DNA of 64,000 nucleotides, from positions 224,001-288,000 of the forward strand of contig CAVUWA010000004.1 of NCBI GenBank assembly GCA_963744995.1, written 5' to 3'. Numbering within the stretch: position 1 is the first letter of the stretch; each line of letters starts with the position of its first letter. Source of the stretch: Candidatus Eiseniibacteriota bacterium. GTDB taxonomy: Bacteria > Eisenbacteria > RBG-16-71-46. The notes under the pieces are model-generated. The model did not search any database and was not told the origin of the DNA. It saw nothing but the letters and a program-made list of their open reading frames with translations. This document shows positions 38,857-49,037 of the stretch, in pieces. The position numbers and the translations under genes were made by a program.

Positions 38857-39037
38857 CAGGCCGGGCCCGGGGGTGCGGCGCGGAAGATCCGGCGCGGGCG
38901 CCCGGCGCGGACCTCGCGGGTCGATGCGGCTCGCGCGGGGGCCGCGACCTCGAGTGGCAGAACGGGATTCACGCCGCCGAGTCTAGCCCGGGCGCGCGCC
39001 GGCCGCGAACGGCGCATGGGGCCCCGCGCCATGAGCG

Positions 39038-40000
39038 CTATGCGGCCGCGTCGAGCTCGGTGTCCTGGGCCGCGACCGGGACCGGGACCGCGTACAGGCG
39101 CATGAAGCAGTCCACCACGCGCGGGTCGAACTGCCTGCCGCGCTCCTCTTCGATCACGCGCAGCGCCTGCTCGTGGGTACGGCCCTTGCGGTACGGCCGG
39201 TCGGTGACGATGGCGTCGTAGGTGTCGGCGACGGCGATGATGCGCGCCCCGATCGGAATGTCCCCGCCGCGCATGCACTTGTAGCCCGTGCCGTCCCAGC
39301 GCTCATGGTGATACGCCACCATCGGGATCACGTGCTGGAGGATCCCGCCGAGCGAGCGCACCATCGCCTCGCCGGTGTCCACGTGGCGGCGCATTTCGTG
39401 CATCTCCTCCTCGGTGAGACCGGCCGCCTTGCGCAACACCTGGGTGCTGATCTCCACCTTGCCGATGTCGTGCAGGAACGCCCCGACGCGGATGTCCTCG
39501 ACGTCCGTTTCCGACAGCCCGAGCTCGCGTGCGATCTCGACGCAGTAGTCGGCGACCCGGCGCGAATGGTTTTCGGTGTGGCGATCCACCGAGTCGATGA
39601 ACTTGCCCATGATTTCGATGATGCCGTGGTACGCCTGACGCAGCTCCCGGAACTGGCGCTCCTTCTGGTCGTAGAGCGAGCCGACGACGTAGGCGGTGAG
39701 GATCAGGAAGCAGCCCCAGGTGCCGAGGTCCAGCCAGCGCATCCAGGTCTGTTCGCCGCCGCCGAACTGCGTCTCGTTCATGAGTGCGATCGCGAAGACG
39801 ATCGCGCACGCGAGCATCGCCGACAGCACGCCCTTCTTCTGTCCGAGCAGATAGGCGCCGAACACGACCGGCAGGTAGTAGAAGTTGAGGAACGCGCGCT
39901 GGTTGACGACGAAGAACTGGATCATGCCCGCGCCCGCGACGATCGACAGCAGGATCAGCAGACCGCCGCTGACGCGCAGGGTGCGACCGAGCCGGAACAT
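39038..40000 (-). CDS. Membrane-bound HD-GYP domain phosphodiesterase
   Basis: N-terminal TM helices; HSRRV, LHDIGK, HHERWDGTGY, RIIAVADTYDA, RPY. Confidence 0.88.
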   Translation of the reverse strand: MFRLGRTLRVSGGLLILLSIVAGAGMIQFFVVNQRAFLNFYYLPVVFGAYLLGQKKGVLSAMLACAIVFAIALMNETQFGGGEQTWMRWLDLGTWGCFLILTAYVVGSLYDQKERQFRELRQAYHGIIEIMGKFIDSVDRHTENHSRRVADYCVEIARELGLSETDVEDIRVGAFLHDIGKVEISTQVLRKAAGLTEEEMHEMRRHVDTGEAMVRSLGGILQHVIPMVAYHHERWDGTGYKCMRGGDIPIGARIIAVADTYDAIVTDRPYRKGRTHEQALRVIEEERGRQFDPRVVDCFMRLYAVPVPVAAQDTELDAAA

Positions 40001-41991
40001 CACGACGCCTTGCGGCGCGGCGCGTCGCCGTCCACGGTGCGGCGCGGGCCGCGGCGCCGCTCGCGGCGCAGCTGCGGCGGCGCCTCGTCCGCGTCCGGGC
40101 GTTCGCCCGCGGCGCTCCCGGCGCCGCAGTGCGGGCAGAACCTCCAGGCCGGGCTCATGCGTCGGCGGCAGTGCTCGCAATGCTCGCCCACGAATGCGCC
40201 GCAGGTCGGGCAGTAGTCGAACTCCTCGTTGAGCACGGTCTGGCAGTGCCCGCACACGCGTCCCGCGGTCTCGCTCAGGTACACGGTGCGGGTGACCTCT
40301 TCGAGCGTGGTCACGCCGTCCAGCACCTTCTTCAGGCCGTCCTCGCCGATCGAGCGCATGCCGGCCTCGATCGCGGTGGTGCGGATCGCCGAATCGGGAG
40401 CGCCCTGGGTAACGAGTCCGCGGATCGTGTCGTCGACCGCGAGCACCTCGAAGATGCCCGTGCGGCCGCGGTAGCCGGTGTCATGGCAGTGCGGGCAGCC
40501 GCGCCCACGGTACAGGGTGAGCGACTCGGCGGCACGGTGGGCGCCGATGATGCGGCCGACATGGGCCGCGCCGGCCTCGTAGGATTCCTTGCAGCGGGGG
40601 CAGATCGTGCGGACCAGTCGCATGCTCACCACACCGACCAGCGAGGAGGCGACCATGAACGGCTCGAGGCCGAGATCCACGAGACGGGTGACGGCGCCGG
40701 CGGCGTCGTTGGTGTGCACGGTGCTCAGCACCAGGTGGCCGGTGACCGAGGCGCGGAAGGCGATCTGCGAGGTCTCGCCGTCGCGGATCTCCCCGATCAT
40801 GACCACGTCCGGGTCCTGACGCAGGATCGCGCGCAGCGAATTCGCGAACGTCTTCTTCGCCTTTTCGTCGACCTGCACCTGGTTGATCCCGGTGAGCTGG
40901 AATTCGACCGGGTCCTCGACCGTGACGATGTTGCGCGTCACGTGCTGGATGTGACGCAGGCCCGAGTAGAGCAGCGTGGTCTTGCCGGAGCCCGTCGGGC
41001 CGGTCACGAGCACGATGCCCTGCGGGCGATCGAGGAAGCCCTTGATCCGCTCGAGGTCGTCCTCGAACATGCCGAGGTCATGCAGCCCGACCTGCGTGCG
41101 GTTCTGGTCCACGATGCGGATGACGACCTTTTCGCCGTGGCTCACCGGCAGGGTCGAGACGCGCATGTCCACGCGGCGGCCCTCGACCCCGAGCATCATG
41201 CGACCGTCCTGCGGCTGGCGCTTCTCGGCGATGTCGAGGTTGGACAGCACCTTGATGCGCGACACGACCGCGCTCGTGGTCCACTTCGGCAGGCGCTGGA
41301 ATTCGTGCAGCAGGCCGTCGACGCGGAAGCGCACGACCAGGTCGCGGTCCTGCGGCTCGATGTGCACGTCGCTGGCGCGTTCCTGAATCGCGGTGTGCAG
41401 GAGCCAGTTGGTGAGGCGGACGATCGGGCGGCCTTCGGCCTCTTTGATCAGTTCGTCGATCGCCTGCGCCTGCTCCGTCTCGACGACGGCGGTGATCGCG
41501 ACCTCGTCCTCGTCGCGGCTGATGATCGTCTGGATCACCTCGTTGACGGAGTGGTCCATGTGGTAGAAGCGCCCGATCGCTTCGAGGATCTCGGCCGCCG
41601 GGGCGAGCACCGGCTTGATGAACATGCCGCTGTGGAAGCGCAGGTCCTCGAGCGCCGACACGTTGAGCGGATCGGACATCGCCACGATCAGCGTCGAGCG
41701 GCCCTCGATCTCGATCGGCAGCGCGTTGTACTTGCGGGAGACCTCTTCGTGCACGCGCTGCACGGCCAGCTCGTCGATCGCGATCTTGGAGAGATCCACG
41801 AGCGGCAGACCGAGCTGGAGCTGCAGCTGCTCGAGCAGCGCCTGCTCGCTGATCATTCCCAGGTGAACGAGCGTCGCGCCCAGCAACCTGCCGCTGCGAC
41901 GCTGTTCGGTGATCGCCTGTTCGAGCTGCTCGGGCGAGATCTGCCCCGCCTCGATCAGCATGTCGCCGAGACGCTTGTGATGGGCCTTCAT
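40000..41991 (-). CDS. GspE/PilB-family ATPase with MshEN domain and C-terminal double zinc ribbon
   Basis: RLGDML...G.I...QL..A; ASDVHIEP; GPTGSGKT; LRQDPD; CxxC pairs; C-terminal CGHC/CPTC/CEHC/CPHC. Confidence 0.9.
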   Translation of the reverse strand: MKAHHKRLGDMLIEAGQISPEQLEQAITEQRRSGRLLGATLVHLGMISEQALLEQLQLQLGLPLVDLSKIAIDELAVQRVHEEVSRKYNALPIEIEGRSTLIVAMSDPLNVSALEDLRFHSGMFIKPVLAPAAEILEAIGRFYHMDHSVNEVIQTIISRDEDEVAITAVVETEQAQAIDELIKEAEGRPIVRLTNWLLHTAIQERASDVHIEPQDRDLVVRFRVDGLLHEFQRLPKWTTSAVVSRIKVLSNLDIAEKRQPQDGRMMLGVEGRRVDMRVSTLPVSHGEKVVIRIVDQNRTQVGLHDLGMFEDDLERIKGFLDRPQGIVLVTGPTGSGKTTLLYSGLRHIQHVTRNIVTVEDPVEFQLTGINQVQVDEKAKKTFANSLRAILRQDPDVVMIGEIRDGETSQIAFRASVTGHLVLSTVHTNDAAGAVTRLVDLGLEPFMVASSLVGVVSMRLVRTICPRCKESYEAGAAHVGRIIGAHRAAESLTLYRGRGCPHCHDTGYRGRTGIFEVLAVDDTIRGLVTQGAPDSAIRTTAIEAGMRSIGEDGLKKVLDGVTTLEEVTRTVYLSETAGRVCGHCQTVLNEEFDYCPTCGAFVGEHCEHCRRRMSPAWRFCPHCGAGSAAGERPDADEAPPQLRRERRRGPRRTVDGDAPRRKAS

Positions 41992-42091
41992 CTGGGGCGG
42001 TCCTTGCCTCGGGGGTAAGTGGCTTCCGTCCGGAGGGTTATCGGCCGGCCGGCCACTCCGGTTCAGCCCGAATGTGCTAGGTTGGGCGCGC

Positions 42092-43945
42092 ATGAGTGAG
42101 ACCCGTTCCGCCCGCCCCGACGAGGGCCGGGAAGACCCGCCGGTGACCCCGGCCGCCGCGGCCGCCCCGGATCCGGGCGCAGTGCGTTCGGCCGCTGCGA
42201 TTTCCGGCGACGACCCCCTTCCCGAAGAGATGCTGCAGCGGGCCGGCGAAGCCGAGGCTCGCGCGAGCGAGGCCTTCGGCGAGCTGCTGCGGGCGGCCAG
42301 CCGCCAGTGCCGCCGTCTCGCCGGATGCCGGATCGCCCGCATCTGGGTCGTGCGCCGCGCCGGCCGCCGCCTCGTGGCCTTCGACTTTCCGGACGACGAC
42401 GGCCGCGCGCCGGTCGAGATCCGTCGCGCCGGCCACGACGGCCCGGCCGGCTGGGCGATCGCCCACCGGGAAGCCCTGCACCTGGGCCCCGGCGATCCGC
42501 AGCCGCCGTTCACGGGACGCCCGGAGCCGTTCGACAGCGCCATCGTGCTGCCGCTCTACCGGCGCGGCGAAGCGTTCGCCGCGATCGAGTGCCTCGACAA
42601 GCTGGACGGCGGCGCATTCGCCGAGGAGGACGTCGACCGGCTCGAGGCCGCTTCCGAACAGATCGCCCTCGCGCTGGACAATGCGATGCTGCACCAGGCC
42701 ACCGAGCGGCGCGCGCTCGAAAAGGACGTGCTGCTCGAGGTGTCGAAGACGCTGGCCGCGCCGCTCGACCTGGACGACGTCATCGAGGCGATCCTCAAGG
42801 CACTGCGGCACGTCGTGCACTACGACGCCGCGTCCATCTACCTCGCGAACCCGAAGACGACCCGTCTCGAGCTGGTGAGCGAGATCGGCCACCCGGACAT
42901 GACCGAAGACGCGCTGCGCCTGCAGATGGGCCAGGGCATCGTCGGCTGGGTGGCGAAGACGGGCGAGCCGCTGATCGTCCCCGACGTAAGGGCCGACGAC
43001 CGCTACGTGGTTGCGCGCCCGTCCACGCGCAGCGAGCTGGCCGCGCCGCTGTCGCTCGAAGGCCGCACGATCGGGGTGTTCAACATCGAGAGCGATCTCG
43101 AGGATGCCTATCACGAGGGGCATCTCGCGATCGTGTCGGGTTTCGCGGCGCAGGCGGCGGTGGCCGTGCAGCGCGCGCAGCTGGCGCGCGAGCGCATGGA
43201 ACGGCGCCGGCTCGAGAAGGAGCTGGCGATCGCCCGCGAGATCCAGCTGTCGTTCCTGCCGAAGAAGTCGCCCGAGATCCCGGGGTTCGAGCTGGCGGGC
43301 ACGGCGCTGCCGCACGCGGAGGTGGGCGGCGACTACTACGATTTCATCCACGTGTCGCAGAACCGCGTGGGGCTCGCGATCGCCGACGTGTCCGGCAAGG
43401 GCATTCCGGCCGCGCTCATCATGGCCGGCTTCCGCATGAGCCTGCTCGCCGAGATCCGCAACGAGTTCGCGATCCGCGCGGTGATGCGCAAGGTGAATTC
43501 GCTGCTCAACGAGAGCACGGAACGCCACAAATTCGTCACCGCGTTCTACGGCGTGCTCGACTACCGCAACCGCGTGCTGATCTTCTCGAACGCGGGGCAC
43601 AATCCGCCGATCCTGCTGCGCAAGGACGGCTCGGTGGAGTACCTCATGGAGGGCGGCGTCGCGCTCGGCGTGCTGCCGGACGCGTTCTACGAGGAACGCC
43701 CGATCGCGATCCGCCCGGGCGACGTCCTGCTGCTCTACACCGACGGCGTCTCCGAGGCCGAATCGGAGGCCGACCCTTCCGATCAGTTCGGCCGCGAGCG
43801 GATCGAGGCGACCATGCGACGGCTCGCGACACGGAGCGCGCAGGACATCGTCGACGGGATCGTCGAGGACGTGCGCACCTTCGCGGGCGAACGCGGCCAG
43901 ACGGACGATCTCACGCTGATGGTGGTCAAGGCGCACGCCACCTAG
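42092..43945 (+). CDS. GAF-GAF-SpoIIE (PP2C/RsbU-like) phosphatase
   Basis: Two GAF-like segments; VGGDYYD, ADVSGKG, NAGHNPP, YTDGVSE, DDLT. Confidence 0.9.
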   Translation: MSETRSARPDEGREDPPVTPAAAAAPDPGAVRSAAAISGDDPLPEEMLQRAGEAEARASEAFGELLRAASRQCRRLAGCRIARIWVVRRAGRRLVAFDFPDDDGRAPVEIRRAGHDGPAGWAIAHREALHLGPGDPQPPFTGRPEPFDSAIVLPLYRRGEAFAAIECLDKLDGGAFAEEDVDRLEAASEQIALALDNAMLHQATERRALEKDVLLEVSKTLAAPLDLDDVIEAILKALRHVVHYDAASIYLANPKTTRLELVSEIGHPDMTEDALRLQMGQGIVGWVAKTGEPLIVPDVRADDRYVVARPSTRSELAAPLSLEGRTIGVFNIESDLEDAYHEGHLAIVSGFAAQAAVAVQRAQLARERMERRRLEKELAIAREIQLSFLPKKSPEIPGFELAGTALPHAEVGGDYYDFIHVSQNRVGLAIADVSGKGIPAALIMAGFRMSLLAEIRNEFAIRAVMRKVNSLLNESTERHKFVTAFYGVLDYRNRVLIFSNAGHNPPILLRKDGSVEYLMEGGVALGVLPDAFYEERPIAIRPGDVLLLYTDGVSEAESEADPSDQFGRERIEATMRRLATRSAQDIVDGIVEDVRTFAGERGQTDDLTLMVVKAHAT

Positions 43946-43973
43946 GGGCGCGGGGCGCGCCGCGCTCGCACGT

Positions 43974-44471
43974 TCAGCCGGACCGCTCGAGCGCGGCCGC
44001 GGCGGCCAGCACCTGCGCGGCGTGGCCGCGGATCTTGACGTTGCCCCACACGGCGGCGATCCGGCCGTGCGTATCGATGAGCACCGTCGAGCGGCGGAAC
44101 ATCTCGATGCTCCAGGCGCCGATGCCGATGCGCCGCACCAGGCGGAACGCGTCGCCCGCGGTACGATCGACGTCGGACAGCAGGGGGTAGGGCAGCTCGA
44201 GCCGCGTGGCCCACTCGAGGTTCGACTCGGGGGTGTCGCGCGTCACGCCGGCGACGGCGAGTCCCTGCCGGACGAACGCCTCGTGGGCCGCGCGAAACTC
44301 GCGCAGCTCGCGCACTCAGCCGGGGGTGCCGTTGTGGATGTAGAAGAACAGGACGAGCGGACCGACGCCGACGCGCTGGCGCAGGCGGAACGTGCCGCCC
44401 TGCGTGCTCGGCATGGCGAGATCGGGAATCGGCTGCTCGAGCAGGGACTCGGGGCCGGCGGCGTCGTTCAC
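43974..44471 (-). CDS. Bcp/PrxQ-type peroxiredoxin with in-frame UGA (probable selenocysteine)
   Basis: LVLFFY...TPG-UGA-VRE at 44316-44318, where TPGC is expected; downstream LPYPLLSD, RSTVLID..G, GHA..VL. Confidence 0.85.
44287..44307 (-). promoter_or_regulatory. Candidate bacterial SECIS hairpin
   Basis: mRNA GCUGCGCG-AGUUU-CGCGCGGC; apical loop starts 16 nt after the UGA and contains GU. Confidence 0.55.
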
Positions 44472-44717
44472 GCGCGCACCATAGTGCAGGGCCCGCGCGG
44501 GCGGCAACCGGCGGAAACCCCGGGCGTGGCAGCGCCCGGGTTCGAGTTCTACGCGAAGTGCGCAACTCTTGACCCTTGCAGACGATCCCGATAGTCTGCG
44601 CCGAACTCGTCCTCTGACAATCTCTTGGAGCCTCCGCGTGCACCTCCGCTTCGCCCCGCCATCCGCCCGACTCACGACCCGCGCCGGCCGCCCTGGCGTG
44701 CAGCGCGGGGAGCTGCG

Positions 44718-45761
44718 ATGAAGCGCCGCATCCTGTCCGGCATGCGGCCGACCGGACGTCTGCACCTCGGCAACTTCGTGGGCGCGCTCGAGAACTGGGT
44801 GCGCCTGCAGAACGAGGGCTGGGAAAACTTCCACATGGTGGCCGACTGGCACATGCTCACGACCGGCTACGAGGACACGTCGCACATCCAGAGCGACACC
44901 TTCGAAATGGTCGTGGACTGGCTCGCGGCCGGAGTGGACCCGGAGAAGAGCGTGATCTTCGTGCAGTCCGACGTGAAGGAGCACGCCGAGCTGCACCTGC
45001 TGTTCTCCATGCTGGTGAGCAAGGCGCGACTCGAGCGCATTCCCACGCTCAAGGAGCAGATCCGCGACCTGCACCTCGACGAGCAGACGATCTCCTACGG
45101 CCATCTGGGCTATTCGGTGCTGCAGGCCGCGGACATTCTGCTCTATCGCGCCACCCACGTGCCGGTCGGGGAGGACCAGGTGCCGCACGTCGAGCTCACC
45201 CGCGAGATCGCCCGGCGGTTCAACTTCGTCTACTGCAGGGATCGCGAGCCGGTGTTCCCCGAGCCCGAGGCGCAGCTCACCCAGTTCGCGCGGCTGCGCG
45301 GCCTCGACGGCAACCGCATGAGCAAGTCGGTCGGCAATACGATCCTGCTCGCCGACACGCCGGAGGCCATCGCGCAGAAGGTGCGCCAGGCCTACACCGA
45401 TCCGAAGAAGATCCGCGCCACGGACCCGGGCCGGCCCGAAGCCGATCCATCCGACGGGCACGGGGGCTGCGTGATCTGGGAGTACCACCGCAAGTTCAAC
45501 CCGGGCGAGGCCGAGGACATCGCCGCGCGCTGCCGGGCCGGGACGCTCGCCTGCGTGCCGGACAAGAAGCACCTGGCCGAGGTGCTCAGCGAGGCGCTGG
45601 CGCCCATCCGTGCCCGGCGCGAGGAATATGCCGCCGATCCGGACCGGGTTCGCGATATCCTGCGCGAAGGCAACCGCCGCGCCCGCGCGGTCGCCGAGGA
45701 GACCATGGACATGGTGCGCACCGTGATGAACCTGAAGTCGCCCGCCGCGCTCGTCCGATGA
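44718..45761 (+). CDS. trpS: Tryptophan--tRNA ligase
   Basis: SGMRPTG.LHLGN, LQAADIL, VPVGEDQ..H, RMSKS. Confidence 0.95.
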   Translation: MKRRILSGMRPTGRLHLGNFVGALENWVRLQNEGWENFHMVADWHMLTTGYEDTSHIQSDTFEMVVDWLAAGVDPEKSVIFVQSDVKEHAELHLLFSMLVSKARLERIPTLKEQIRDLHLDEQTISYGHLGYSVLQAADILLYRATHVPVGEDQVPHVELTREIARRFNFVYCRDREPVFPEPEAQLTQFARLRGLDGNRMSKSVGNTILLADTPEAIAQKVRQAYTDPKKIRATDPGRPEADPSDGHGGCVIWEYHRKFNPGEAEDIAARCRAGTLACVPDKKHLAEVLSEALAPIRARREEYAADPDRVRDILREGNRRARAVAEETMDMVRTVMNLKSPAALVR

Positions 45762-46666
45762 CGCACGACGAACGCGAAAACGGCGCCGCCCCGCTCGAGG
45801 CGCCGGCCGCCGCGGTGGAAGCCGCCGACGCCGCCCCCGGAACCGCCGCACCCGCGGGGGAGACCGCCGCGCCCGGGTCGCTGCTCGGCTCGGGGATCCG
45901 GCCGGACCGCCCCTCGGTGACGGTCAAGCTCGAGCGTTTCGAGGGGCCGCTCGATCTGCTGCTGCACCTGATCAAGCGCGACGAGATCGACATCTACGAC
46001 ATCCCGATCGCGCACATCACCCAGCAGTACCTGGCGTACATCGAACTGATGCGCGCGCTCGATCTCGACGTGGCCGGCGAATTCCTGGTGATGGCGGCGA
46101 CCCTGATGCGCATCAAGTCGAAGATGCTGCTGCCGGCGCCTGCAGTCGGCGAAGAAGAGGACGAAGGCGATCCGCGCGAGGAGCTCGTGCAGCGGCTCGT
46201 CGAGTACCGCCAGTTCAAGGAGGCGGCCGGCACGCTCAAACTGAGGGAAGAGGAGCGTCGGCTGCTGTTCGAGCGCGGCATGGTCCCGGGCGAGGACGAA
46301 GCCGGGCCGCTGCCGCTCGCCCCGGCGACGCTGTTCGACCTGCTCGACGCGCTCAACCGCGTCATGGCGCGGCTGCCCGAGCAGAACGTCTACGAGGTGC
46401 AGGCGGAGGTCTTCGACGTCGAGGACAAGATGGCGGAGATCGCGCAGCAGGCCGCGGAGCGCGGCAGCGTGTCGTTCATCGGCCTCCTGGCGCGCTGCCG
46501 GGTGCGCATGGAGATGGTGGTCGTCTTCATGGCGCTGCTCGAGCTCATCAAGCTCGGCCAGGTGACGGTGTCGCAGCCGGACCGCTTCGGCGAAATCCAG
46601 ATTCTCCACCACGTGCCCGAAGGGAGTGATGACATTGCCCCCGCAGAACCTGCTGGCAGCGATTGA
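45758..46666 (+). CDS. scpA: Segregation and condensation protein A
   Basis: FEGPLDLLLHLI, EFLVMAATL..IKSKMLLP, F.ALLEL. Confidence 0.95.
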   Translation: MTHDERENGAAPLEAPAAAVEAADAAPGTAAPAGETAAPGSLLGSGIRPDRPSVTVKLERFEGPLDLLLHLIKRDEIDIYDIPIAHITQQYLAYIELMRALDLDVAGEFLVMAATLMRIKSKMLLPAPAVGEEEDEGDPREELVQRLVEYRQFKEAAGTLKLREEERRLLFERGMVPGEDEAGPLPLAPATLFDLLDALNRVMARLPEQNVYEVQAEVFDVEDKMAEIAQQAAERGSVSFIGLLARCRVRMEMVVVFMALLELIKLGQVTVSQPDRFGEIQILHHVPEGSDDIAPAEPAGSD

Positions 46667-47354
46667 AGCGCTGCTGTTCTCCTCGGACCAGCCGCTCAGC
46701 CTGAGCCTTCTGACCGAGGCGCTCGACGCGGATCCCGCGGCCGTGAGCGAGGCCCTGCACGCGCTCGGCGAGTCCTGTACGGCCCGCGGTGCGGGCGTCG
46801 AGCTGCGCGAGATCGCGGGCGGCTGGCAGATCGTCACCGCGCCCGAGCAGGCCGACTGGGTCGGCCGCATGCTGCGCGGCAAGCGGCGCATGCGGCTCTC
46901 GCGCGCGGCGCTCGAAACGATGGCGATCGTCGCGTACAAGCAGCCGGTGACCAAGTCCGAGATCGAGGCGATCCGCGGCGTGGACTCCAGCGGCGTGCTC
47001 GCCACGCTGCTCGAACGCAACCTGGTGACGATCCGCGGCCGTTCCAAGGTCGTCGGGCGCCCGCTGCTCTACGGCACCACGCAGGAGTTCCTCGAGTATT
47101 TCGGTCTGCGCGAGCTGGCCGAGCTGCCACGCCCCGAAGAGCTGCGTGCCCTGGTGGCGGCGCGTGAGCCGGAGCAGCTCGACATGATGGAGGCCGAGGT
47201 CGTGTCGCAGGTGGGCTCGGACGTGCTGGCGGCTGGTGATGACCGCCCGGCCCACGAGATCGACGGCGGGGACGTGGCGGGAGAAGGCGAGGACGCGGCG
47301 GAAGAGGATGCCGCTCGGGGGGCCTCCGCGGTGAGCGAAGTCGACGCCACTTGA
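46629..47354 (+). CDS. scpB: Segregation and condensation protein B
   Basis: IEALLF, LSRAALET.AIVAYKQP, IRGVDS, GRPLLYGTT..FL. Confidence 0.95.
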   Translation: MTLPPQNLLAAIEALLFSSDQPLSLSLLTEALDADPAAVSEALHALGESCTARGAGVELREIAGGWQIVTAPEQADWVGRMLRGKRRMRLSRAALETMAIVAYKQPVTKSEIEAIRGVDSSGVLATLLERNLVTIRGRSKVVGRPLLYGTTQEFLEYFGLRELAELPRPEELRALVAAREPEQLDMMEAEVVSQVGSDVLAAGDDRPAHEIDGGDVAGEGEDAAEEDAARGASAVSEVDAT

Positions 47355-49037
47355 GGATCCGCCTCAACAAGCTCCTAGCGACCCGCGGTGTGGCGGCGCG
47401 CCGCAAGTGCGACGCGTTGATCGCGAGCGGCGCGGTGCGGGTGAACGGCGAGGTGATCGTCGCTCCCGGCGCCCACGTCGATCCCGACCACGACGACGTG
47501 CGCGTGAACGGCAAGCGCATCGCCGGCGCCTCGGTGCATCGCTACTTCGTGCTCAACAAGCCGGTCGGCATGATTTCGACGCTGAGCGACCCGCAGGGCC
47601 GCCGTTCGCTGCGCGAGCTGCTGCCGCCCGGGCCGCGCGTATTTCCGGTGGGCCGGCTCGATGCCGACACCAGCGGCCTCCTGCTGCTCACCAACGACGG
47701 TGACCTCGCGCATCACCTCATGCATCCGCGCTACGGTGTCGAGAAGTTCTACCGCGCCGTCGTCGCCGATCCCCCGAACGAACGCCAGCTCCAGCGCCTG
47801 CAGCGCGGCGTGATGTTCGAACCCGGCGTGCGCAGCGCGCCGGCGCGCGTACGCGAGCGCGACCCGGTCGCGCGCGGGCCGGTGATCGAGATCGCGATCT
47901 CGGAAGGGCGCTACCGCCAGGTGCGGCGCATGTGCGAGGCCGTGGGCCTCGACGTGGTCGCCCTGCACCGCTGGGGGTACGGGCCGCTCCGGCTCGGCGA
48001 TCTCGAGCGCGGCATGTGGCGCGAGCTGTCGGAAGAGGAGGTCGCACGGCTCAGGTCCGCGAGCGCGCGCCCCAAGGCACGCCCGGCGTCGCTCCGCAGG
48101 CCGCGCGGTCTGAGACGCGGGGAGGCGCCGCGCCACAGTACCTCCGACGAGATCGGCTTTCCGGCGCTGCCCGGTGAGAGTGGACCGGAGGCGCGCGCCC
48201 CGCGCGCGGAAAGTGCAGAGGGCGAGCGCGCACCGCGGCCGGGCGGCCGTCCGGAACGAGCCGGGCGCACGCCGCGAGGACGCAGCCGGGAGGAGCGCCC
48301 GGAGCGCACGCCGCGGGGCCGCAACCCGGCCGAGCGCCCGCCGCGCACGGGACGGAGCCGCAGGGCAGCCGAGCGCACCGAAGGCGCGCCGCCGGCGCGC
48401 GGTCCGGCCGGACGCGGCGGCAGGAGCCCGCGCCAGCTGGCCGACGACATGCGCCGTGGGCGCACGCCGTGGGAAAAGAGCGGCACGCGGACGCGCGGGC
48501 GAAGCGCCCGCTCGGGCGATGCGGGCGGGCCGGCTTCACGCGCGGGCGAGCGCGGCGCGCGTCTGCCTGCCTCACGTCGCACCCGGGAGGAGCGCCCGGA
48601 GCGCGCGCCGCGCCCGGGTCGTGCGTCCGCGCCGCGCCCGGTCGTGCGTCCGCGCCGCGCCCGGGTCGTGCGCGGGTCGTGCGCCGCGCCGCGCCCGGGT
48701 CGTGCGTCCGCGCCGCGCCCGGGTCGTGCGCCGCGCCGCGCCCGGGTCGTGCGTCCGCGCCGCGCCCGGGTCGTGGTCCGCGCCGCGCCCGGGTCGTGCG
48801 CCCGCGCCGCGCCCGGGCCGAGCGTCCGCGCCGCGCCCGGGTCGTGCGCCCGCGCCGCGCCCGGGTCGTGGCGATCGTTCGCGCCGCGGTCCCGCCGCAC
48901 GCCCTGGCGCCACCGAGCGCGGCCCGCGCCGATCGGGTGCGGCCTCCGCGGGGCGATCGCCGGGAGGCCGGTCGGGTCGTTCGAGCCGGTCGCCGGGCGG
49001 CCGCCCCACGCGCCGGAAGGGCGGCCGCCGCGGGTGA
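47351..49037 (+). CDS. rluB: rRNA pseudouridine synthase (RluB/RsuA family) with long Arg-rich tail; indels in the repeat make the true stop uncertain (49037 or 49048)
   Basis: S4 domain RLNK.LA..G..ARR; NKP.G; PVGRLDADTSGLLLLTNDG; EGR..QVRRM; follows scpAB. Confidence 0.88.
48605..48870 (+). repeat. About 11 copies of a 24-bp tandem repeat (APRPGRAS)
   Basis: GCGCCGCGCCCGGGTCGTGCGTCC units, several one base short. Confidence 0.9.

Noticed and set aside
42077..43936. Long antisense and alternative-frame ORFs here and throughout (e.g. 9429-11405, 51236-53140, 56478-58682)
   Set aside because: Shadow ORFs caused by stop-codon scarcity in high-GC DNA; they overlap genes with clear motifs and have Arg/Ala/Pro-biased translations
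45460..45570. [4Fe-4S]-type TrpRS
   Set aside because: Three Cys are present but the fourth position of the C-x6-C-x2-C pattern is Asp; cannot be supported from sequence alone
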